64,000 nucleotides of DNA, taken from positions 64,001-128,000 of the forward strand of contig MTMD02000008.1 of assembly GCA_002010065.2 (NCBI GenBank), given 5' to 3'. Of this stretch, positions 28,394 through 37,267 are shown piece after piece. The notes below the pieces were generated by a model that ran no database searches, was not told the DNA's origin, and saw only the letters and a program-made list of their open reading frames with translations. The translations under genes were made by a program, and so were the position numbers. The first letter of the stretch is position 1. Every line of letters starts with the position of its first letter. The DNA is from Candidatus Pyrohabitans jungbluthii (GTDB lineage Archaea; Hydrothermarchaeota; Hydrothermarchaeia; Hydrothermarchaeales; BMS3B).

Positions 28394-29032
28394 TCAGAGG
28401 GTTTCTATTATCTCGTTTACTTCCTCTTCAGAAAGCTTTGTAGCTTTTTCCTTCGTTATTTTAATCACGTCTATTCCATTTCCTGTCATTGCATCGCGCT
28501 CCAGAGCGGCACGTATTGCGCGAATCGCAACCTTTGTTGCTGCATCTATATCCATGTCCTCCTTGTAAGCGTCCTCCAGCACGCCGTAAGCGTAGGGCGA
28601 GCCAGAGCCGGTGGCGATTACCCTGTCCTCAATGGCGCTGCCAAGTGGATCCAGAGAGTAGAGCTTAGCTCCGGTCTTGTCCACACCGCCTATTATAAGC
28701 TGCACTATAAGCGGGAAGTAGCGCGATGAGAATAGCACATTACCCATGAGGGTGGATATAGCCTGGACGCCTATCTCCTCACCCTTTCGCATCCTGTAAA
28801 GCCTTGCCTCGGCGCGCATCCACCTTATGAGTGCCTGAGCGTCGCCCACTGCCCCAGCCACTGTCGCAGCCAGGTGCTTGTCTATTATAAAGCTCTTCTG
28901 CACCACCTTGTGGGCTATCAGCGTACCCATTGTAGCACGCTTATCGCTGACAAGCACCACACCATCGCTTGTGGCTAGCCCCACTGTGGTGGTTCCCTTC
29001 ATGTATTCCTTTACCCTTTCCACGGCCTCCAT
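28394..29032 (-). CDS. psmB: Proteasome beta subunit
   Basis: Propeptide ...KG|TTTVG, DKRATMG, TGSGSPYAYGVLE. Confidence 0.97.
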   Translation of the reverse strand: MEAVERVKEYMKGTTTVGLATSDGVVLVSDKRATMGTLIAHKVVQKSFIIDKHLAATVAGAVGDAQALIRWMRAEARLYRMRKGEEIGVQAISTLMGNVLFSSRYFPLIVQLIIGGVDKTGAKLYSLDPLGSAIEDRVIATGSGSPYAYGVLEDAYKEDMDIDAATKVAIRAIRAALERDAMTGNGIDVIKITKEKATKLSEEEVNEIIETL

Positions 29033-29146
29033 TAATTAACCTCCAAGAAAAAGGGAGTAAAACCAGTTTGTTACTACTATTGAGGGTTTTCCCATATATA
29101 AATATTACTATAAAAATGCGAGAAGTTAAGCGCAAATCTGAAAAAC

Positions 29147-29866
29147 ATGAAAAAAATCTTCGGTGAGGCAGCTTGCATAATCGGGGATGCTCTAGTAGTG
29201 GCTGATCTCCACATGGGGGTGGAGAATGAACTACGAAGCCAGGGTTTAAGGGTGCCCTCCCAGAGGGTAAATATGGAAAGAAGGCTGCTTGACCTCATCG
29301 AGAAAACGAATGTCAAGAGGGTTGTGATCCTAGGCGACCTGAAGCACAGTATACCAAAAGCGAGCTGGCAGGAGTACGCCGAGGTTCCGCAGCTTATTCA
29401 TGCTCTTGAAGCTAGGGCAGAGTTGGTTGTGGTGAAGGGGAACCACGACGCCAGCATAGAGAGGCTGCTCCCCTCCACTGAGGTGGTGGACAGCCTTGTG
29501 ATAGGCGACGTGCTGCTGGTGCACGGGCACATGCGTGCGAAGAGCTTGGACTTCACGCGAATAGTGCTGGCACACAATCACCCGGCGGTGGAGTTTGTGG
29601 ACGAGCTTGGTGGAAGGATGCGTGAAAAGGTCTGGCTGGAGCTGGAGTTCAGAGAGGAGGCGCTACTAAAGCTTGGTTTGGAAAGGAGTCCCCGCATAAC
29701 TGTGATGCCCGCCTTTAATGAGCTTATTGAGGGCGTGCCATTTAACAACGTGACTCAGGGTCAAGGACCGCTGCTGAGGGAAGAGCTGGTGGACTTAGGG
29801 GAGGCGAGAGCTTACCTCCTGGACGGCACGGAGCTTGGCAAACTGAAGGAGCTTGCACAACTTTAG
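29147..29866 (+). CDS. Metallophosphoesterase (calcineurin-like)
   Basis: ADLHMG, LGDLKH, KGNHD, HGH, AHNHP, MPAFN. Confidence 0.9.
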   Translation: MKKIFGEAACIIGDALVVADLHMGVENELRSQGLRVPSQRVNMERRLLDLIEKTNVKRVVILGDLKHSIPKASWQEYAEVPQLIHALEARAELVVVKGNHDASIERLLPSTEVVDSLVIGDVLLVHGHMRAKSLDFTRIVLAHNHPAVEFVDELGGRMREKVWLELEFREEALLKLGLERSPRITVMPAFNELIEGVPFNNVTQGQGPLLREELVDLGEARAYLLDGTELGKLKELAQL

Positions 29867-30678
29867 TGCACCGCACCAGCGAGGAAGGAGAGCAGGGCGA
29901 TAAACATCGCCACCTTTATATATCTGGCGCTTTTGGCAGGGTCGCGTTTTTTTAATAGTACTGCGAGAGAGTAGAGGAAGATCGCATCTGCGATGCCCAC
30001 AATAGGTAGGTAGAAGACGCCAAGAATATTCATGTGGTAGGGAAGGGGGCTAAGAAGCACAGCAGCTAGTAGGAACGCAGACGCGACGTAAGCGCTCCTC
30101 CGCGTGCCTATCCTCACCGGTAAGGTTCTACACTCACCCCGGTCGCCTCTCAGGTCTGCGATGTCCTTTACAATTTCTCGGGAGGTGTTGGCAAGCGCTG
30201 CGAGAGCGACGAAGATGAGCGTCGCCTTAGGTTGAGACGTGGCAATGCCGCCATAAAGAAAGGGCGAGGCTACGAGGTAGCTAACTGTAAGGTTCTTGCT
30301 CAGCCCGCCAGCGCGCTTTATTCTCCATGCATACGAGTAGAGTAGCGCAGAGTTGAAGGCTGCCAGGAAGAAAGCAGCAGGGCTTATTAGTAGCGCAAGC
30401 GCAATGCCTGAAGCAAAGAGAAGTAACGCGTAGTTCCTCGCCACCCACCTCTGCAGCGCACCTCGAGGGAGCACCCTGTGAGGGGCGTTTATCTTATCTA
30501 TATCATAATCGTAGTAGTCGTTTATCACATTGCCAGCGCCGCACACCATGAAGGCAATAACGCACGCGAGAGCCACGTCAGCGCTGAAGTTGCCAGAGGC
30601 TATGCTTGCCCCGAGAAACACCGCAAAGGCTGCCATTGCACAGTTCACAGGTCTGAGGATTTCTAGATAGGCGCGCAT
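29863..30678 (-). CDS. Digeranylgeranylglyceryl phosphate synthase (UbiA family)
   Basis: ILRPVN, NDYYDYDIDKINAPHR, REIVKDIAD..GD. Confidence 0.9.
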   Translation of the reverse strand: MRAYLEILRPVNCAMAAFAVFLGASIASGNFSADVALACVIAFMVCGAGNVINDYYDYDIDKINAPHRVLPRGALQRWVARNYALLLFASGIALALLISPAAFFLAAFNSALLYSYAWRIKRAGGLSKNLTVSYLVASPFLYGGIATSQPKATLIFVALAALANTSREIVKDIADLRGDRGECRTLPVRIGTRRSAYVASAFLLAAVLLSPLPYHMNILGVFYLPIVGIADAIFLYSLAVLLKKRDPAKSARYIKVAMFIALLSFLAGAVH

Positions 30679-30782
30679 ACCACATAACACCGCCTTGCAG
30701 AGGTGCTATATAGGTGCAGCCATGAATATAAATCCCTTTCTATAATGGTTATTGGTCGTTAAAGGTGGAAATAAAAACTGAC

Positions 30783-30855
30783 AGCCCCGTGGTGTAGCGG
30801 TCAATCATGCGGGACTCTGGATCCTGCGACGGCGGTTCGAATCCGCCCGGGGCTA
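30783..30855 (+). tRNA. tRNA-Gln (anticodon CTG)
   Basis: Acceptor AGCCCCG/CGGGGCT, anticodon arm CGGGA-CTCTGGA-TCCTG, GTTCGAATC T-loop. Confidence 0.97.
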
Positions 30856-30997
30856 TCCAGGGGAGGGGAATGCCCCTCCCCTTCGGTATACCCCTCCCCG
30901 ACAGGGATACGAGGGAAAATACTATGGAAACATAGCGGTATTTAGCGTTAGCGAAAATACTGCAATATGATGATGCAACTGTCTGCAGTTGCGTTCT

Positions 30998-31014
30998 GAA
31001 TCCGCCCGGGGCTA
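30998..31014 (+). repeat. Duplicate of the tRNA-Gln 3' end (att-like direct repeat)
   Basis: GAATCCGCCCGGGGCTA identical at 30839-30855 and 30998-31014. Confidence 0.85.
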
Positions 31015-31146
31015 CTTACACTTTTTGATTTCAGTAAAATGATAGTTGCATGCCTGTTATATCAACACGGGAAGGTAATAACTGACAGACAATTATATAC
31101 ACAGGTCTTTTTAAAAAAATCAACAAAAAATATTATCCTTTCCAAT

Positions 31147-31184
31147 CAAAAAAGGAGGGGAACATGCGGCAAAGCCGCATGCTC
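31147..31184 (-). terminator. Hairpin + pyrimidine/U tract after NosL-like gene
   Basis: Minus strand GAGCATGCGGC-TTT-GCCGCATGTTC followed by CCCTCCTTTTTT. Confidence 0.6.
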
Positions 31185-31187
31185 TCT

Positions 31188-31766
31188 TTACATCTTCATT
31201 TCGCCTTCGCTACCCATATCCATGCCTTGCATGCCGCCCATCATCATTCCAAGGCTCTTTATAAGCTCTGGGGTAATGTCCTCGTAGGTTATCACCTCAC
31301 CGCCATGCTGCGAGGCAAAGGCATGGGCGTCTTCGCTCTTGGCAAAGGGCACAACATCATCACCCATAGGCCCCTGCACGTCGCTGCCCTTCACGTAGTA
31401 CGCCTTCGTCGCGTCGGTGTACTGCTTAGTAGCATAGTCGGTCACAAAAATCGCGGCTATGTCATTCTTGTTAATCCACTGCTTCGGCTCGTTTTTGTTG
31501 CTCAGGCCAAGCACAAACTTGAACATATCCTTGGGGGAGTCGAAGTGGTAGCGCTCGCCGTTCTTGAGCACCACCTGCGCACGCCACTCTGGATACTTCG
31601 CAGGCATCATACCGCACACCGGGCATTTGTCATTCATCGTTGGCTCAACAGGGGTAACCGCGGCGGGCTGTGCCTTCTCCGCAGGCGCCTTGGTGCATCC
31701 AGCAAATAAAAGCATGGCCATGGCGCTTATGAGGATTATCGTTCGCATCAACCTCAAATTATCCAC
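31188..31766 (-). CDS. NosL-family lipoprotein with Met-rich C-terminal tail
   Basis: Lipobox LFAGC, CPVCGM, FDSPKDMF, GPMG; tail MMMGGMQGMDMG. Confidence 0.88.
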   Translation of the reverse strand: MDNLRLMRTIILISAMAMLLFAGCTKAPAEKAQPAAVTPVEPTMNDKCPVCGMMPAKYPEWRAQVVLKNGERYHFDSPKDMFKFVLGLSNKNEPKQWINKNDIAAIFVTDYATKQYTDATKAYYVKGSDVQGPMGDDVVPFAKSEDAHAFASQHGGEVITYEDITPELIKSLGMMMGGMQGMDMGSEGEMKM

Positions 31767-31937
31767 CTCCTTATTTTTTAGTGATTTTTCTATTTAAAAA
31801 TGTTATATTTATAATTAATCATTGAAAGCGTTCCATGGTGAAAAATGCCTAGTACCCCCAAATGCAATATTGCCATATATGCGTAATATCGCGTTTAAAC
31901 GCGTAAATAAAATAAAAATTAAAAATTTATGGAGACA

Positions 31938-32090
31938 TCATCCACATCCGAGCTTGTGCGGCGGAACGGTGGTTATCACTGGAGTTTTTGATGCTGCATC
32001 AGGAGCAGAGCCGCCGAGTGCCAGCCACGCTACAATCACAGCAACAATTGCCACACCTACGCCAATGTAGATTAACGTGTTCCTGTCCAT
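31938..32090 (-). CDS. Small single-TM protein (50 aa) ending LGCG, absent from the ORF track
   Basis: MDRNTLIYIGVGVAIVAVIVAWLALGGSAPDAASKTPVITTVPPHKLGCG; RBS GAGGTGA; between multiheme and NosL genes. Confidence 0.7.
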   Translation of the reverse strand: MDRNTLIYIGVGVAIVAVIVAWLALGGSAPDAASKTPVITTVPPHKLGCG

Positions 32091-32133
32091 AGCCTATCAC
32101 CTCTAAAAAGTGAAGGTAGGGGCAAATAACCCC

Positions 32134-33492
32134 TTACAACAGCTCCACTTCAGCTACAGCCTCGTTGCTCATCCTCAGGGTTGCGCTGGGTACTGGGTCA
32201 ATGGGTCTGCTCTCCTTCTTCTTGCTGTCGTGGTACATCATCACCGCTTTCACTGTGACCTTCTTTGCGCTGCCATAGGGTATCTTGTACTCGAAGTTGT
32301 ACCACCTGCCTGGGTTGAACATCACACTGGTGTCATACTCCCACACTTTCCACACGCTGCCTGTGAACTTGCCCTGATAGTCGTAGCTTCCAACTTTCCA
32401 TGTCTCATTGGTATAGAATATCTGGTTCCCCTTCTCATCGTAGGCATACACGTGCAGCACTGGCTTGGCTGCGAGGATGCATCCATCTGGTAGAATGTGC
32501 TCTGCAAGGTTCTTGACCTCAACTTTGACGTGCACCACGTCTCCCATCTTGTGGGCGTCCAGATTCACCCTCGCTGCTTGTACCATCATCGCAGGCGAAT
32601 TTGGACCTGGGAAGTCGTGCCTGTGCCTTATGCGCATTTCGCCTCCCTTAGCGGCTGGCTCGTCAACTGTCTGCATGTGGCAGTACTGGCACTCTTTTTC
32701 TCTTCTCACATCGCTCTGAGCCCAGGCGTCGTAGTTTAAGCCACAGCGCACGTAGTCACCCATCTTGAGTGCCTCTTTTACATCTTGACTAACGAAGTCT
32801 ATCTTCAGCTTGCTATGACACGGTTTGCAGAACTCGCTTGTCGACATGTCCCTTGAGAACTTTGCGGCATGCGGCGCATTGGGGTCTTTGATTGTTCCGT
32901 AGTAGGTGTTCCCAAGCTCCCCTTCAACCATCATTGAATGACATGCTATGCATCCAACACGTATGCCGCGGAGATTCACCACGTCATCGCTGAGGAAGGC
33001 TTCATAAAGCCTATCTTTGACTTTATCGCTGGCATACTTCATCGTCGGCCCATGGCAGGCTCTGAAGCAGGCGTCCCACTCCTTGGATTTCGGGAACCTG
33101 TCTAGGTTCTTCTTGAAGTCAGAGGCGTAGCTCTGGAAGGCAAAGTAGCTGAAAACCACTGGGTTGTAGTGCTTCGACTTTGTCCACTCGTAGAAGTGCT
33201 GCGGGTGACAGGTGGCGCACTGGGAATCGTCCGGCAGAATCTTCTTAATTTCCTCATCCGTTGCGCCCAGTTTCTTCAGAAGCTTCGCTGTTGCCTCGTT
33301 CTCCTCTTTGTACTTCTTAACCAAGTCTGAGATGTCTACTGAGACCACCTTTGTCTCTACAGTAACTGGTGTGCTCTTTTTCTCTGCTGACTCAGCCGCC
33401 GCTGCAGGTGCTGAAGCCTCCTTCTTTGCGCACCCGCTGAATAGGCTCAACGCCAGCAGCACAGCTAAGGCTATGCCCACCCATTTCTTCAT
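32134..33492 (-). CDS. Pentaheme c-type cytochrome lipoprotein, ExtKL-like (Cys form)
   Basis: Lipobox LFSGC; CATCH, CFRACH, CIACH, CKPCH, CQYCH; extra VRCG and HILPDGC; start re-called to ATG 33492. Confidence 0.85.
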   Translation of the reverse strand: MKKWVGIALAVLLALSLFSGCAKKEASAPAAAAESAEKKSTPVTVETKVVSVDISDLVKKYKEENEATAKLLKKLGATDEEIKKILPDDSQCATCHPQHFYEWTKSKHYNPVVFSYFAFQSYASDFKKNLDRFPKSKEWDACFRACHGPTMKYASDKVKDRLYEAFLSDDVVNLRGIRVGCIACHSMMVEGELGNTYYGTIKDPNAPHAAKFSRDMSTSEFCKPCHSKLKIDFVSQDVKEALKMGDYVRCGLNYDAWAQSDVRREKECQYCHMQTVDEPAAKGGEMRIRHRHDFPGPNSPAMMVQAARVNLDAHKMGDVVHVKVEVKNLAEHILPDGCILAAKPVLHVYAYDEKGNQIFYTNETWKVGSYDYQGKFTGSVWKVWEYDTSVMFNPGRWYNFEYKIPYGSAKKVTVKAVMMYHDSKKKESRPIDPVPSATLRMSNEAVAEVELL

Positions 33493-33698
33493 TCTCTTAT
33501 CACCTCTCAAAACTCTTCAGGCGACCTCCTTTCAAAGAGGGAGGTGAACATGTGGCATAAGCCACACGTTCCGACAAGAAATTCCGTTTATCCAATAATA
33601 AAACACATATATTTATAATTTTTCGCTGAAATCTGAAAAATTATGAAATTTTACTATTTTGATTCACTTTCTGAAATGTCATAACGTGAAAAAATGCA

Positions 33699-34628
33699 TC
33701 ACAATACGTTTTTATCTGTTATGTAGATTCTATATGTCCTTTTAAAAGGTTCTCGCCTTATTATTCCCATGTTTTCTAGTTTAGCAAGTATCTGACTCAC
33801 CTTTGGACGTGAAAAGGTTATACATTCTGCTTTCCAAATCTCCTCCTGTAAGGCCACACCTCCTTTTGCCTTAATAAGGGAAAGAATTAGCTCTTCGTCA
33901 TCGGTGAGCTCATTCTTCCTTTCTTTTGAGAAAGAGACTACAATTTCTTTGATACGTTCCCAGTTCATCTTCAGAAAATAGATTAGCAGAAGAAGAGCGA
34001 AGATTAATCCCATGGCAGGAATCACAAAACCCATGGACTTCTTAGCAAGGGGATAAAAAACACCCACATGAAAAGACTCATACTCTCTCAGGGTTCTGTT
34101 CCAGACGAGGATGACATGATTATCTTCAATGTTTATGTAATCCGGCATAACTGTCAAATCTCCCGAAGCTTTAAAAGGGAAATTCGCTGACATAACCTCC
34201 GGAAAAGAGTTTTCCGGCAATTTGATAGTGATCAGAAAGTTTTCCACGAAATAGGGGAAGCTGATGTCCTTATAGTAAAAGTACTCCTCCCCCGCCAACC
34301 TGCTCTCTGTCCCGGTTAAAGCCTTTATTTCATGCCTTCCCGGAGGAATGACAATGCCCTCCTCACTTCTCACTAAGTCAATCTCGTCCCCGAGCACCTC
34401 CACATCGCCCACATTAATGGGGAGGAACACCTCCTCATCTGAGATCACCTCAATGAATACCTTCTCTTCGCCCCTCTCCAAGTCAACATGGATTTCTACC
34501 TTCTTTACCACAACTTCTCCATGCGCCGGAGGCATCGACAGGGCAAATAGCAGGACAAACCAGATTAGTCTCATATCTAAAAGAGCATCTGAGGGGGTAT
34601 TTATATCTATCAATTGAAAATGTATCAC
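33699..34628 (-). CDS. Membrane-anchored regulator: extracellular domain + TM helix + C-terminal wHTH
   Basis: Signal peptide, TM segment, LTDDEELILSLI...GG...QEEIWK...FSRPKVSQILAKLE.MGII.RE; start may be ATG 34574. Confidence 0.78.
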   Translation of the reverse strand: MIHFQLIDINTPSDALLDMRLIWFVLLFALSMPPAHGEVVVKKVEIHVDLERGEEKVFIEVISDEEVFLPINVGDVEVLGDEIDLVRSEEGIVIPPGRHEIKALTGTESRLAGEEYFYYKDISFPYFVENFLITIKLPENSFPEVMSANFPFKASGDLTVMPDYINIEDNHVILVWNRTLREYESFHVGVFYPLAKKSMGFVIPAMGLIFALLLLIYFLKMNWERIKEIVVSFSKERKNELTDDEELILSLIKAKGGVALQEEIWKAECITFSRPKVSQILAKLENMGIIRREPFKRTYRIYITDKNVL

Positions 34629-34689
34629 TCAAAAATAAAACCACCTTAATTACTGAATAAAATTAGATAATTATTCAAAAAATACGTCA

Positions 34690-35622
34690 TTAAACGTTAA
34701 GCTTCACCTTGAATGTCTTTTTATAAGGTTCGCGCACTATTAATCCACGAGACTCAAGTTCTGAGATTATTCTGCTTACCTTGGGTCTCGAGAATGGCAG
34801 AATCTCACTCTTCCAGATAGTCTCCTGTAGAACCTCTCCACCCTGGCTGCGGATGAACTCCACTATGGCGCGCTCCTCCTCATTGAGGAAGACGTTGGCA
34901 ACTTCCACGCGTCGCCTGCGTTTTGCATAGTGGAATCCCACAAGGAATGTGAGAGAAGCTATGAAAAGCGTTGATATCAAAAAATAATTCGGGCCTTCTT
35001 TTTCTGGGAGATGTATACCCACCTCAAAGCTCTCTCCAGCCTTGAGGGAGCGCTCCCACATCAGTGTTACCCTGTCGCCCCGAATGGCGACGCCATCAGG
35101 AGGTATGCTGGTGCTCCTCTGGAAAGTGTCTGCCGAGCAGCAGTTAGGCAGACTGCGGTTGAATGTCCTTATCTCGGGAAAGACCCCCTCTGGAAATATC
35201 ACCAGAAGGCGGAAGGTATCCACATCATAGGGGGTGGTGAACCCCTTGTAAAAATATGTACCTTCATTGATATCAACCTTTTCAACCGCCCTCATGGTGA
35301 AGGCGATGTTTTCTCCCGCTTTCAAAGGCTGCGGGAAGTACACTCTCTTTTTTATTCCCAGTTCCTCAACCCTCATAGGCTCTCCGCTTGCTGAGACTGC
35401 ACTCAGAGGCAAGTGAAAGGCGAAATCAAAGAATCGCAGGTCATTAACCTCAGAGGTGAGGTCCACGTAAAACTCTTCCTTTCCTGTCTGCAGGTCTATG
35501 GTCACAGTTATATGGTTTATATGGTAATCACCACTCTCGCTGGCAATGGCAAGGGGAAGCATGAGAAGAAAGATGCCAAGACAAGCTATCTGGGCATACA
35601 ACGGTGGTGTTTTCATCACCAC
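34690..35622 (-). CDS. Membrane-anchored wHTH regulator, paralog of 33699..34628, with extracellular CC motif
   Basis: Signal peptide, PNCCSAD, TM, LNEEERAIVEFI...GG...QETIWK...FSRPKVSRIISELE.RGLI.RE. Confidence 0.78.
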   Translation of the reverse strand: MVMKTPPLYAQIACLGIFLLMLPLAIASESGDYHINHITVTIDLQTGKEEFYVDLTSEVNDLRFFDFAFHLPLSAVSASGEPMRVEELGIKKRVYFPQPLKAGENIAFTMRAVEKVDINEGTYFYKGFTTPYDVDTFRLLVIFPEGVFPEIRTFNRSLPNCCSADTFQRSTSIPPDGVAIRGDRVTLMWERSLKAGESFEVGIHLPEKEGPNYFLISTLFIASLTFLVGFHYAKRRRRVEVANVFLNEEERAIVEFIRSQGGEVLQETIWKSEILPFSRPKVSRIISELESRGLIVREPYKKTFKVKLNV

Positions 35623-35720
35623 CTTTAATGTTATCTAACATCTGAACATCTGTTGTAAGTTTTTGTTAGCCCTGCGAAATCAGCGAAAATTTTAATACGT
35701 ATAAGAAAGCATGCTTTCAC

Positions 35721-36854
35721 ATGCGTTCGCTCCTCGTGGTTCTGCTTTTGCTCGCCATTATCGCGGGATGCACATCCAGCGAGCCCCTGAAGGACATTAG
35801 CAGCGAGGGCGCTGGCTGGGTGATGTTTCAGCATGACCTCGCCCACAGTGGCGTTGCGCAAGAAGAGGTGGCGCCACCTCTGAAGCTGCTCTGGCAGGCA
35901 GGCACGCAGGCGCAGATTGGCTACTCCTCGCCTGTGGTGGCAGATAATCTCGTGCTTATAGGCAGCACCGACTGGAATCTCTATGCCTTTGACGCAGCTA
36001 CGGGTAAGGTGGTGTGGAAGTTCCCCACCGGGGGCGAGGTTCACTCCACTCCAGCGGTGGCTGAGGGCAAGGTATACATCGGCAGCTACGACGGCTCTCT
36101 CTACGCCCTCGACCTCGCCACTGGAAAGAAGCTGTGGAGGTATAAGACAAAAGGAGAGATTTTAACCTCGCCGGCTGTAGCTGGGGGTATAGTCTACTTT
36201 GGCTCCTTCGATGGTTCGATAATCGCCCTCAATGCTGAGAATGGTAAGAAGCTGTGGGAAAAGAAGACCAAAGGGCAGGTGCACTCTTCGCCAGCGGTAG
36301 CTAATGGCAAGGTATTCACAACTTCCTACCACGAGTACAGGGTCTATGCGCTGGACGCAAAGACTGGAAAAACGCTCTGGAGCTATGAGACCCGGGGCTT
36401 TATCCATGCTTCGCCGGCGGTTTATAATGGCAGGGTTTACATCCCCTCGAAGGACTCCTTCCTCTACTGCTTGGACGCCGATAGCGGCAGTGAGTTATGG
36501 AGATTTGAAACCGGCGCACCAATAGATTCCACACCTGCCATTGCGAAGGGCATGGTGTACTTCGGAAGCTATGACGGCTATGTGTATGCAGTAGACGCTG
36601 AAACCGGCGAAGAGGTGTGGAAGACAGAGATAGGGGCGCAATTTATAGGCTCGCCGATAGTATCAGGAGATGTGGTGTACATCGGCGCGCTGGATGGCAA
36701 GCTCTACGCCCTCAGCGCTGAGAGCGGCGAAATACTGTGGAACTACCGCATCGGCAACATGATATACTCCTCGCCGGCTGTAGCCAAAGGCCTGGTCTTT
36801 GTCTCAAGCCTAGACGGCATTCTCTATGCCTTTGCTCCTGAGAGCGAGAAATGA
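35721..36854 (+). CDS. PQQ-like/BamB-like beta-propeller lipoprotein
   Basis: Lipobox IIAGC; about eight SSPAV..G.VY.GS.DG.LYALD..TG..LW repeats. Confidence 0.9.
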   Translation: MRSLLVVLLLLAIIAGCTSSEPLKDISSEGAGWVMFQHDLAHSGVAQEEVAPPLKLLWQAGTQAQIGYSSPVVADNLVLIGSTDWNLYAFDAATGKVVWKFPTGGEVHSTPAVAEGKVYIGSYDGSLYALDLATGKKLWRYKTKGEILTSPAVAGGIVYFGSFDGSIIALNAENGKKLWEKKTKGQVHSSPAVANGKVFTTSYHEYRVYALDAKTGKTLWSYETRGFIHASPAVYNGRVYIPSKDSFLYCLDADSGSELWRFETGAPIDSTPAIAKGMVYFGSYDGYVYAVDAETGEEVWKTEIGAQFIGSPIVSGDVVYIGALDGKLYALSAESGEILWNYRIGNMIYSSPAVAKGLVFVSSLDGILYAFAPESEK

Positions 36855-37267
36855 CGGTACTCGTTCTGCCCAGGAAGCTGGTGGAGGAGATTCTCAGCGA
36901 CGCAAAGAGAAGGGCTCCTCAGGAAGCGTGCGGGGTGATTGCTGGAGAGGTTAAAGGAGAGCGCAAGCTTGCTCTTGCGGTTTATCCCTGCAGGAATGTA
37001 TCTCGCAACCCCTTAGTGAGGTATACTATAGCTCCTGAAGACTTGGTAAAGGCGCTGAGCGATATAGAGGGTCGTGGAATGGAGGTTCTGGGCTTCTACC
37101 ACTCCCACCCCATGGGAAGTGTTGCACCTTCTGGAATAGACCATGCTAAGGCAAGCTGGGATGGCGCGAGCTACGTTATCGTCAACCTCAAGGGAGAGGT
37201 TGCATCGTGGGTGTGGGAGGAGGAGGCAAAGAGGTTCAGGCGGGAGAAGGTGGTGGTTGAGGACTAG
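36851..37267 (+). CDS. JAMM/MPN+ (M67) metallopeptidase
   Basis: EACG and HSHP-x6-S-x2-D motifs. Confidence 0.9.
   Translation: MTVLVLPRKLVEEILSDAKRRAPQEACGVIAGEVKGERKLALAVYPCRNVSRNPLVRYTIAPEDLVKALSDIEGRGMEVLGFYHSHPMGSVAPSGIDHAKASWDGASYVIVNLKGEVASWVWEEEAKRFRREKVVVED

Noticed and set aside
31864-31903. Palindromes GCAATATTGC and CGCGTTTAAACGCG upstream of the NosL gene
   Set aside because: Single occurrences with no second copy found; insufficient to call an operator
35721-36854. Tandem DNA repeats or PQQ dehydrogenase
   Set aside because: Repeats are ordinary propeller blades; no dehydrogenase catalytic features seen
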